Assembly (NCBI GenBank): GCA_965221695.1
Contig: OZ244905.1
Coordinates: forward strand, 762,355-826,354
Source of the DNA: Gammaproteobacteria bacterium
GTDB taxonomy: Bacteria; Pseudomonadota; Gammaproteobacteria; Eutrophobiales; Eutrophobiaceae
Direction of reading: 5' to 3'
Length of the DNA stretch: 64,000 bases
Part shown: in pieces, positions 19,689-27,933 of the stretch
Numbering within the stretch: position 1 is the first letter of the stretch
Layout of the letters: every line of letters starts with the position of its first letter
The notes under the pieces: model-generated
Seen by the model: only the letters and a program-made list of their open reading frames with translations
Told to the model about the DNA's origin: nothing
Databases searched by the model: none
Made by a program: the position numbers and the translations under genes

Positions 19689-21239
19689 CTAATCTGTGGC
19701 ATCTTCGGGCTTTTTCATAAACAGGTTGACATCATGGGGATTGACCAGGTCTCCAACCGTCCAGCCGTTGATGTCGTATTCATCCATACACTGCTGGGCA
19801 AAGTCCTTGAGTTCCTGCTCCAGGCCCGAGGCCTGCGCCGATATCAACGCATCAATGCGGATGTTTTCGTTATTGCCCGAGTAATTGCGTTCATACAGTT
19901 CATGGCGGCCACCGAACTCCGTGCCGATGGCATCCCACAACAGGCGCATGGTCTTGACCCGGTCCTCCGCATCGTGGCCGTAAGAGCCCCGCAGGTATTT
20001 ATCCAGGTAGACTTTCAGCTCCGGCACGTTGAAATCCGTCGCATGGGAGTTCAGGTAGATCAGGCCGCTGGCAACCATGTTCTCGATTAATTCCTTGGCG
20101 CGGGGATAGGCCATCGTCATCAGCACCCGATATACCTGCCCGGCATGGCCGTTCGGCACTTTTGCGCCCTTGAAATCGTCAGGCATGCCGCACATCGCAT
20201 CCGACAAGGCCCAGAACAGGTGGCGCAACACGATCATTTCACCTATCGCCACTTGCACGCCGCGATACCCCTTGGAACCGGTGATCTCCAGGGCCTTCAT
20301 GAACAGACCGGTAATGAAATCAAATTTTACCGCAAGCCGGGTGCAGCCGTGAAAGGCAAAGGTATAACCCCAACCGGAAGTACCCAGGAACGTACTGGCC
20401 GCCTCCATGTCCTGGTAGATAAAGACGTCTTCCCAGCGCATCAGCGCATTGTCCAGAACCAGTATCGCATCATTCTCATCCAGGCGGCTGGACAGCGGGT
20501 TGTCGAACGGGCTGCCCATCACCTCCGCCGCGTACGCGTAGGACGGCCGGCAAATCAGCTTCACCCCCGGCGTGTCCATGCTCAACATGCCGGAAATCGC
20601 AAAACGCTTGTCCTTGACGGGGATGGGTCCGTACTGTCCAAGGAAATTGTAGTGTGTCAGGGCCGACCCGGTCGCCACCACCTTGGCCCCGGAAATGATG
20701 ATGCCCTCATCCGTTTCCCCGGTACAGTGCATGTAGACATCCTCGATCTCTTCATGGGGTTTATGCCGGTCCACCGGGGGATTCACCAGGGCATGGTTCA
20801 GGAACGGCACACTTTCCTGGGCGCGCCGGTACCAGTTCAGGGCATTGCCGGCATAGTCACCGAAATACTCCTGGTTGAATCCCAGGGTCAGCATCAGGCT
20901 GGCCTTGTAATCGGGGGTACGGCCCATCCAGCCGTAAGTCATGCGCGCCCACTGGGCGATGGCCTCGCGCTGGGCGATCACATCTTCGCGGCTCCTGGCG
21001 ACCTTGAAGTAAGGATGGGTAAAACCGCCGTTGCCGGTATCGGTATCGGTACGCAGGTGCGGAAATTGCTCTTCATTATGCAGCGCATCGTAGAGGCGCG
21101 CCATCATCCTTGCGGGGTTGCGGAAGGCCGGGTGTTCGGTCACGTCGCGGACCCGCTCCCCGTAAATCCAGATCTCCCGGTCGTCTTTCAGGTTCTCAAG
21201 AAATTCAGCGCCGGTATAGGGGCGAATATCGTTATCCAC
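19689..21239 (-). CDS. 4-hydroxyphenylacetate 3-hydroxylase (HpaB)-family FADH2-dependent aromatic monooxygenase, oxygenase component
   Basis: 516 aa, the family-typical length. Family-level assignment by global resemblance to HpaB / chlorophenol / nitrophenol two-component monooxygenases. Confidence 0.8.
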   Translation of the reverse strand: MDNDIRPYTGAEFLENLKDDREIWIYGERVRDVTEHPAFRNPARMMARLYDALHNEEQFPHLRTDTDTGNGGFTHPYFKVARSREDVIAQREAIAQWARMTYGWMGRTPDYKASLMLTLGFNQEYFGDYAGNALNWYRRAQESVPFLNHALVNPPVDRHKPHEEIEDVYMHCTGETDEGIIISGAKVVATGSALTHYNFLGQYGPIPVKDKRFAISGMLSMDTPGVKLICRPSYAYAAEVMGSPFDNPLSSRLDENDAILVLDNALMRWEDVFIYQDMEAASTFLGTSGWGYTFAFHGCTRLAVKFDFITGLFMKALEITGSKGYRGVQVAIGEMIVLRHLFWALSDAMCGMPDDFKGAKVPNGHAGQVYRVLMTMAYPRAKELIENMVASGLIYLNSHATDFNVPELKVYLDKYLRGSYGHDAEDRVKTMRLLWDAIGTEFGGRHELYERNYSGNNENIRIDALISAQASGLEQELKDFAQQCMDEYDINGWTVGDLVNPHDVNLFMKKPEDATD

Positions 21240-21275
21240 TAAATATGACCTCTGTGATCTTTGTGTCCTCTGTGG

Positions 21276-23513
21276 CTAGCTCACCTTCCGCGCCTTGTAC
21301 TCCTCCGGACTTTCCGCGGTTTTGTATTTTTCCACTGCGATCTTCCGATGCAGGATGACCGGTTGTTCCGCGACCGGCGGTGATGCTATCTCCGCAGGGT
21401 AACAACCCATGGTTTGCTTAGCCGGGTCCATGTTGGTGCGTTTCGAGAACTGGCGCCGGTTGGTACGCTCGGCGGGGATAATATTGCCTTCACTGTCGCT
21501 GTCGAGGTCCCACCACCACTTCTTCACCGGGTTGATCAAACCGTTGCCCACCACGTCATCCAGTTTTGCGATCCAGCTTCGGGTAAACGGCAGGTTCATC
21601 GCCGCCCACAGGAACGGCCTCTCAGCCAACACCCCCTCAATGTTCCAGGGGCAGGTCTTCATACAGCGGCCGCACAGCGCGCCGGCGGCGTTGGTAATCC
21701 GATAACGCGCGCATTTTTCCACGTCCGGCTTCCACATTTCATAGCCGTTGAACATGATTTTGTCGCCGTAGGGGATCGCCTGGCACGGGCACTCCCGCGC
21801 GCACTTGGTGCATTTCTCACAAAAATCCTGCAAGCCGAAATCGATCGGTTTATCCGGCAATAACGGCAAATCAGTCGTGATAATACCGGACTTGAAGCGC
21901 GGACCCACGTAGGGATTCAACACCAGTTCACCGATGCGGCTCAGTTCGCCCAGCCCCGCTTCCAGGATGATAGGAATATGCAGAACATCCTGGTCCATCA
22001 CGCTGTGGCCCCGGGCGGAATACCCCAGGGAGCGGATATGGGCGCCGACAACACCGCCGATGAGCTGGGCGCGCAAGTAGGCGCGCATGCTTTGTGCGCC
22101 ACTGATCCAGTCATCCCCGCTGGCGCCTTCCATGGTCTCGTAGCCCTGGTCCACCAGGATGGCGATTCCGTACTTGTGGTACGGCTTTATCTCCGAACCG
22201 TCGGTATCGTGGGAATACCAGGCATAGTCGGGCAGCTCGCAGATGCCCACCATGTCCGCTCCCATGTAATACAGGGCGGCCTTCACCGCCTCGGCGTTTT
22301 TTTTCGGATCATCGGTACCGGGGGCAATAGCATCCGCTTCCTTGCCATACTGCAGCGGCACCATTGCACCCAGCGGCGGTATCATCGCATGGCCGTATGG
22401 CGACTTGGTGATCATGCGAAAATTGTGCAATTCCTGCTGCGGTTTATCACCGAGATCGCCCAGGGCAGCGCGGATAAACATATCGTGACGTTTGGGAACC
22501 CGCGGCACGTTCGGCCGGTCAATAAACGTAGTGGTGGTGTCCTGCGTTTTCAGTTTTTCCATCGGATAAGGACCCAGGCGGAACGGCCTGTTTTTGAACA
22601 GCTTGCCCTTGTAGCCCGGTCGCGCCCCGCCCATTCCCAGCCACCAGCCCGGGCCATGAGACTTCAGCGATTGCATCATCCCGCGTTGCGCCAGCGGTTT
22701 ATCGGCCGCCAGCTCCATGGTTGTCGAGACCACGGCCATACCGAATTGATCCCCAAGGTAGGGGTTGGTGACCTTGCCACCGCCGTTGGCGCCGGTTACC
22801 TCTCCCAGGCCGCTGCAAAGCAACAGGTAATCGAGATCGAGGTCGCTTGCCGATGCGGTGTGCAATGTCGCCTCATATCCCAGAAAACGGATGTAATTCA
22901 CCATCACCGCCGCCGCTTCGGCCACTCTTAGCGCTGCCCGCTGTGGCTGGGTACCGACCAGCCAGGTTTCGCTCTCAGCATGAGATTCCGGTTCCCTGGT
23001 GTACTCGAACAGTAGGACCAGCGCATAGCCATGACTGAAATCCTTGTTCGCGTCCTCCATGGAACGCTGCCAGGCTTCCTGGCCTTCCCGGACGGTAAAC
23101 TCTGCCATCGCATTGGCCGCCGACCCGGCCTGGTATTCTTTTTCCTGCGCTTGCGCCAGCGACTCATTGATGATGGGTTGTGCCAGTATCGCTTGTTCGG
23201 GTATCGCGCAGGTCGCCGCCATACTGACATCGAGGTTGTAACAACCGGCTTTCAGGTGATTGGCGCGTTCTTGCGGGTCTGACGGAATGGGCGCCTGCTT
23301 GGGCGCCGGGTCGCCCAGGCGCATGCGGTCGAACAGGTCGAGGTATTCACGGAACGCGCCGGCCATGGATTCCGGATTGCCGGGCGTAACCGCTTCCCGC
23401 GTTCGTTGCCCTGCAGCCGGTGAATAGTCGGGTATGGAATTACCGCGTGCCAGCCGTTCCAGCGGGAATGGACCCATGTGCATGGCACGATGTTTATGGG
23501 AAAAGAGTCGCAT
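21276..23513 (-). CDS. Reductive dehalogenase-family protein, long 'catabolic/aerobic' type (NpRdhA-like; cobalamin + two [4Fe-4S])
   Basis: About 745 aa. C-terminal Fe-S motifs FCEKCTKCARECPCQAIP (CxxCxxCxxxCP) and CGRCMKTCPWN (CxxCxxxCP), the arrangement diagnostic of RdhA/QueG-type enzymes. The long N-terminal extension fits the self-contained catabolic RdhA class. No TAT signal or RdhB anchor is present. The start is ambiguous (TTG at 23522, ATG at 23513/23483/23477). Confidence 0.6.
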   Translation of the reverse strand: MRLFSHKHRAMHMGPFPLERLARGNSIPDYSPAAGQRTREAVTPGNPESMAGAFREYLDLFDRMRLGDPAPKQAPIPSDPQERANHLKAGCYNLDVSMAATCAIPEQAILAQPIINESLAQAQEKEYQAGSAANAMAEFTVREGQEAWQRSMEDANKDFSHGYALVLLFEYTREPESHAESETWLVGTQPQRAALRVAEAAAVMVNYIRFLGYEATLHTASASDLDLDYLLLCSGLGEVTGANGGGKVTNPYLGDQFGMAVVSTTMELAADKPLAQRGMMQSLKSHGPGWWLGMGGARPGYKGKLFKNRPFRLGPYPMEKLKTQDTTTTFIDRPNVPRVPKRHDMFIRAALGDLGDKPQQELHNFRMITKSPYGHAMIPPLGAMVPLQYGKEADAIAPGTDDPKKNAEAVKAALYYMGADMVGICELPDYAWYSHDTDGSEIKPYHKYGIAILVDQGYETMEGASGDDWISGAQSMRAYLRAQLIGGVVGAHIRSLGYSARGHSVMDQDVLHIPIILEAGLGELSRIGELVLNPYVGPRFKSGIITTDLPLLPDKPIDFGLQDFCEKCTKCARECPCQAIPYGDKIMFNGYEMWKPDVEKCARYRITNAAGALCGRCMKTCPWNIEGVLAERPFLWAAMNLPFTRSWIAKLDDVVGNGLINPVKKWWWDLDSDSEGNIIPAERTNRRQFSKRTNMDPAKQTMGCYPAEIASPPVAEQPVILHRKIAVEKYKTAESPEEYKARKVS

Positions 23514-23580
23514 TTCAATCAATCGCCAATGTTATGATTCGATGTTCGATAACGGGTTTGGATGCTGCCCCTGTTGATCT

Positions 23581-24174
23581 TTATGTTTTTTGCAGTCCGA
23601 GTTCGCGCAAGTAGTCATGCACGAAATCAATCCGGTCATTGCCCCAGAATATCTGGTCGCCTTGCACAAATGTCGGCACGCCGATCACACCGGCTTCCTG
23701 CGCCTCCTGCCAGTTGTCCTCCAGGACCTTCTGCCTGGCCGGATCATCCAGTGACGCACTGAACTCATCGGGGTCTAGGCCACACTCACGGGCGATGTCC
23801 ACCAGGGTATCAAGCTGTCCAATATCCTTACCCAGCGCCCATTCGGTATCCATCACCCGGTTGATATAGTCTCGCAGGCAGCCTTTTTCTTCGGCCAATA
23901 GAGAACCAACACCCGCCGGAGTCGGATCAGTGGTAATGGGTGGAGGGTTGCAAGGGATATTCATCCGTTTTGCCCAGCGGGCAACATCCTGGCGGGTAAG
24001 CGGGATTTTGACCTTTGCCCGGTCCGGCGCCGAGCGGCCGTTCCATCCTGCCAGCGGCCGCCAAACCAGGTTGACATGGTAGTCATCCACCAGGCTGAAC
24101 ATGGTCTTGCTGGCGAGATAACAATAAGGACTTCGAAAATTGAAGAAAAACTTTAAATCAACAGACTCCCTCAC
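23581..24174 (-). CDS. DsbA-like thioredoxin-fold protein, 2-hydroxychromene-2-carboxylate (HCCA) isomerase / kappa-GST-like family
   Basis: 197 aa. N-terminal hallmark DLKFFFNFRSPYCYLA (FxFxSPxxYL). C-terminal VPTF...G...FWG. Confidence 0.7.
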   Translation of the reverse strand: MRESVDLKFFFNFRSPYCYLASKTMFSLVDDYHVNLVWRPLAGWNGRSAPDRAKVKIPLTRQDVARWAKRMNIPCNPPPITTDPTPAGVGSLLAEEKGCLRDYINRVMDTEWALGKDIGQLDTLVDIARECGLDPDEFSASLDDPARQKVLEDNWQEAQEAGVIGVPTFVQGDQIFWGNDRIDFVHDYLRELGLQKT

Positions 24175-24277
24175 CTGTGCTGCTCCTTACGTCTGCCAAA
24201 GAGGGCACGAATGTCGCAGAGCAATCAAGTCAAACTCTGTGAATTCTGTACCCTCTGTGGCAATAAAATAAGTGATG

Positions 24278-25585
24278 TTACCTGCCGCTCTTGCGCAGGT
24301 TTTGCACCGTGAACATCTGCGGCGGGTTCAACGTGGGATCCAACTGGCCCTTGAACTGGCCGGTGGTGCAGTGTTTTGCCTGCACGTCATACATCATGAA
24401 GCAATTATCGATGGCGACGCCGGAACCCTTGTTACCGGGCAAGTGCCGGTCCGGATAGGCCTGGCAGATGGAAAACGACTTCCACAGGTCGCCCTTGCGG
24501 TCGAACTCGGCCTGGCGCGGAATGGTGTATGTCTGCGCATCGATATACATTACGCGCCGGCTCAACGGGTGATTCGGATCCTTCGGCGTCCCGTGCAGCT
24601 CATAGACCTTGCGCAGTTCCCAGGTGGTCTTAGGATAACAACCATCCACGTCAACGAACTGGTAACCATCGGGTTCGGGCGGCATATCGGTGGCCAGTTC
24701 CAGCTCGTCATGGTTATGGAACGGCAGAAAACCGTTCTTTGTGCCGATATACTCCCAGTTGTAGTCGGATACGCGGTTGTTGTAGCCTTCAAAGTCCTCG
24801 ATCATGATATCCGTGCCCAGGAATGCATCCGTCGTCTGCCCCGTGGCCAGACGCCGTACTCGCCGCTGGAAACCCAGGTACAGCCAGGCGTCATCCCGCT
24901 TCAGGTCGTTCTTGTAACGATGAATGAGAAGCTGGGTATTGGCGATATCAAACGGCTCCAGCGCGCGCACATAAATTGAGCGGAACAATTGCGCGGGATT
25001 GTCTTCAAACTCCGGAACCGGTTCCTGGTTCACCCGATGTTTCCAATTCAGGAAATGGAAGCTCCACTTGATAGTGCGTTCGAGCTTTCCTGATTTGGCG
25101 TTCCTGAACTTCCAGTAGAACGGCGAGATTGCGGCGTTATCGCCCCAGTTATAACCGTACTGGTAATTCCAGGCGACTTTCAGTCCAGCCTGGGGGTCAT
25201 TCACATCCGGTTCAGCAGGAAATGCCCGCCCGGCAACAAAATTATCCACCAGCCCATCCGCATTCAAGGATGGTTGATTGTTGACCGCTTCCATGGTTGC
25301 CTTGATATAGTTCGGGTGTAACTCCAATGATTCCGTTACCTTAGTCTGCAATGCCGTCTCACCGTTTTTGATATGGTCGTACAACGCCGGATCGAGAATC
25401 TCCTTGAACTGCTCCACGTTACCCTGGTCGATGACCATCCCGGGCGTGTATCCTGGAAACTCCGGTGTCCAGTTTTCATAAGGATAAAACGATTTCCTTA
25501 CATCTTCTTCGGTAAAATCGGCTGAGACCGCCAGGCTCAGGGCAACCAGCGGCATAACAGCGAGATACTTGACATACTTGAACAT
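24278..25585 (-). CDS. DUF1329-family secreted protein (paralog 2)
   Basis: 435 aa. Signal peptide MFKYVKYLAVMPLVALSLAVSA. Paralog of 18320-19618. Confidence 0.8.
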   Translation of the reverse strand: MFKYVKYLAVMPLVALSLAVSADFTEEDVRKSFYPYENWTPEFPGYTPGMVIDQGNVEQFKEILDPALYDHIKNGETALQTKVTESLELHPNYIKATMEAVNNQPSLNADGLVDNFVAGRAFPAEPDVNDPQAGLKVAWNYQYGYNWGDNAAISPFYWKFRNAKSGKLERTIKWSFHFLNWKHRVNQEPVPEFEDNPAQLFRSIYVRALEPFDIANTQLLIHRYKNDLKRDDAWLYLGFQRRVRRLATGQTTDAFLGTDIMIEDFEGYNNRVSDYNWEYIGTKNGFLPFHNHDELELATDMPPEPDGYQFVDVDGCYPKTTWELRKVYELHGTPKDPNHPLSRRVMYIDAQTYTIPRQAEFDRKGDLWKSFSICQAYPDRHLPGNKGSGVAIDNCFMMYDVQAKHCTTGQFKGQLDPTLNPPQMFTVQNLRKSGR

Positions 25586-25615
25586 AATAATTAAGCCTCC
25601 TTCCTGAAAATAGTG

Positions 25616-27769
25616 TTAGAAGCGATAGCGAATCAGAACTTGAAACTCGTCCTCGTGCTGCGCCATGCCGATGGGACCGGAACGGAATCGGCCCAGTGGT
25701 TCAAAACCCCTGCGGTCTCCGCAACTGGAACCCACAACATAGGGTTCGGTACAACCGGGGCCATTAGTAAACGGCGGAAATGCATTGGAAGTACGACCGT
25801 CATCCGCGACTCGGGCGCCGGTGCCCAACTTGATATTGGCGCCGAAGATCAAACGCAGGTTATCGTTGATCAGGTAGTCCACACCCGGGGCCACGACGGC
25901 CGCCTTGGCGCGAAAATCATACGCGGTGATAATTCGCGGCAGTACCCGGTCGTTCCTGAAGAAACCCTGGAACAGGAAAGTGCCGATATAACCATTCTTC
26001 CAGTCCTGGAAACCGATCTGCTGCCCGCTGATGGGATGACTGATTGATTTGTGATCAAGCAGGTGCTGGCCGAAAATCTGGGCCGACAGCAGGAAGGTCC
26101 TGTTCGGGTTCAACCAGCGGATATAGGTGGGGCGGTCCCAACCGATGACCCAGCGAATCACGTCTGATTCGGAATTCAGGTCAGATGCCGAGGTATCGGC
26201 AAACTCCTCGCCACTGGTATGGGCCAGTTCCACCCGGAACGCCGACTTCAGTGGATCAATGTAAAAGTCCGCCGAGCCGCCTATCAGGGTAACCCTTGGG
26301 AAGTGGATATCAAATGCCGGCACATATTGCCTGACCCGTTCAAGACCGGGCGTATCGGTAGGATCAAGCGGGCTGAAGCCCAACGGGCATCCGGCAAACG
26401 CCGGGCTCCACAGTCCCGGCGCAGGTGTAGTCGGTGGGCAACCCTGGGGTGGAATCAAGGTTCCCAGGAACGGGTTGACGCCTTCGATCTCGGCGCGTAA
26501 AGCCGGGAGTTGCGAATAAAATGTCATCGCGTTAAGCGAGAAACCCACGCCCCTGAACACACCTTCCAAACGCACCCCGCCCTGGTCGAAGTCCCAGCCG
26601 GGCAAGTGGATATCACGGATACCGATAACATGACGGGGGAAATCCGTTGCCAGGTTCCCATCCGGGGCAAGATGACCGGCAAAGTTATTGACGGTACACC
26701 CATTGTCCCAACAATTCTTCAGCGCCCGGAACAGGTCACCGGCAAGCAGGATATTGTAAGGCTGCCCGCCTTGACCCAGGTTGTTCGGACGGAATTTCTC
26801 GAAGTTCCAGATCACCTGGAAGTTCAGGTCATCAAAGGCGCCTACAGCGCCGGCACGGTACTCCGCAGAAAAGATCCCCAGCGGGATACGGCTGTCCTCG
26901 AACTCCTCGTAAATACTCTGGATAGAAAAATCGATCGGGTTGACCTGGTCCAGTACCCGAAACAGGTCGGTGCGGCCCCAGACCACCTGCTGGCGGCCGA
27001 TGCGGAAGTTGATCTCATCGCCGTTGTTGACCGGCATGGTCGCGTCAACGTAGATCTCCCGCAACCAACCATGGTCATCAGTGAATTCTGGAAAGCGCAG
27101 GTCGTCCAGGGTCGCATCCATATAACCGGGGATACAACCGCGGGGATCGACATCACAGGGCCGGGTCGGGGTAAACAGTTCCAACCCGCCGCCGTACTCA
27201 CCGTTATTGTTGCTGGCTGCAAGTTCGCCACCCACCCTTTTCAGTCCTTCATTGGGATTGACTGTGGTATCGAAACCAAAGCCTCCGCCCCCGGGCAGGG
27301 CCGGCACACCCGCAGAGACCGGTGAGAAGCCCCAGGGCGCATCCACGGTGGGATGATTTGTGAGTTCAGAAACATTGACCATTTGCAACTCGGCATCAGG
27401 ACCGAATCCGACCGGAAGATAGACCCCTGAACCGGAACTGGTGGTCGTGACCGGTCCTCCCGAACGCTTGCCAAAGGTATCGTCGTTCAGGTCGTAGACG
27501 CCATCATAGGTGGCTCGCAGGGTTCCATGAAAGGACAACTCGGAGAACAATCCCGTGGGCTTGAATATTTTCGACCACTCAATCTGACCGCGTATGCGTT
27601 CCTTGGTAATGCCGTAACTGTCACGGTGGTGGTAGGTGTTGTCGACAAAGCCGTGGATTGTCAGGGTGCCGTCACTCGAGTTCCACGCAGATACCGACAG
27701 TGGCGCGATGGCAACAGCGCCTGCGATCGCACTCGATAACAGGGTGAGAGAAAACCTGCGGATATTCAT
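25616..27769 (-). CDS. DUF1302-family outer-membrane beta-barrel protein
   Basis: 717 aa. Signal peptide ...AIAPLSVSA. C-terminal aromatic ...LIRYRF typical of OM barrels. Classical partner of DUF1329. Confidence 0.8.
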   Translation of the reverse strand: MNIRRFSLTLLSSAIAGAVAIAPLSVSAWNSSDGTLTIHGFVDNTYHHRDSYGITKERIRGQIEWSKIFKPTGLFSELSFHGTLRATYDGVYDLNDDTFGKRSGGPVTTTSSGSGVYLPVGFGPDAELQMVNVSELTNHPTVDAPWGFSPVSAGVPALPGGGGFGFDTTVNPNEGLKRVGGELAASNNNGEYGGGLELFTPTRPCDVDPRGCIPGYMDATLDDLRFPEFTDDHGWLREIYVDATMPVNNGDEINFRIGRQQVVWGRTDLFRVLDQVNPIDFSIQSIYEEFEDSRIPLGIFSAEYRAGAVGAFDDLNFQVIWNFEKFRPNNLGQGGQPYNILLAGDLFRALKNCWDNGCTVNNFAGHLAPDGNLATDFPRHVIGIRDIHLPGWDFDQGGVRLEGVFRGVGFSLNAMTFYSQLPALRAEIEGVNPFLGTLIPPQGCPPTTPAPGLWSPAFAGCPLGFSPLDPTDTPGLERVRQYVPAFDIHFPRVTLIGGSADFYIDPLKSAFRVELAHTSGEEFADTSASDLNSESDVIRWVIGWDRPTYIRWLNPNRTFLLSAQIFGQHLLDHKSISHPISGQQIGFQDWKNGYIGTFLFQGFFRNDRVLPRIITAYDFRAKAAVVAPGVDYLINDNLRLIFGANIKLGTGARVADDGRTSNAFPPFTNGPGCTEPYVVGSSCGDRRGFEPLGRFRSGPIGMAQHEDEFQVLIRYRF

Positions 27770-27813
27770 CGTTTATCCCCCTTCGCTAAGTGAACTTGAT
27801 TAGTGTAGTTATG

Positions 27814-27840
27814 AAAATATCGATATTTTTTCATTATAGC
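27814..27840. promoter_or_regulatory. Putative operator/promoter element (site A): AAAATATCGATATTTT perfect palindrome followed by TTTTTTC...TTATAGC, 45-70 bp upstream of the DUF1302 start
   Basis: 16-bp perfect palindrome. The ATATCGATATTTTTTC(N)TTATAGC string is shared with site B (38200-38245). The core is shared with site C (4463-4474). Confidence 0.5.
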
Positions 27841-27933
27841 CTCTTTATTCGCCATTACCATGAATATTTTTTGGGCGGGGACAGGACGTGCCTGTCTCCA
27901 CCTATTGCATAATGATTCCCCAATTCCTCGCTG

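Noticed and set aside
20145-22931. Long plus-strand ORFs (365 aa and 317 aa) opposite the HpaB-like and RdhA-like genes
   Set aside because: They overlap well-supported minus-strand genes. They have Arg/Gly/His-rich composition characteristic of antisense frames, no motifs and no RBS.
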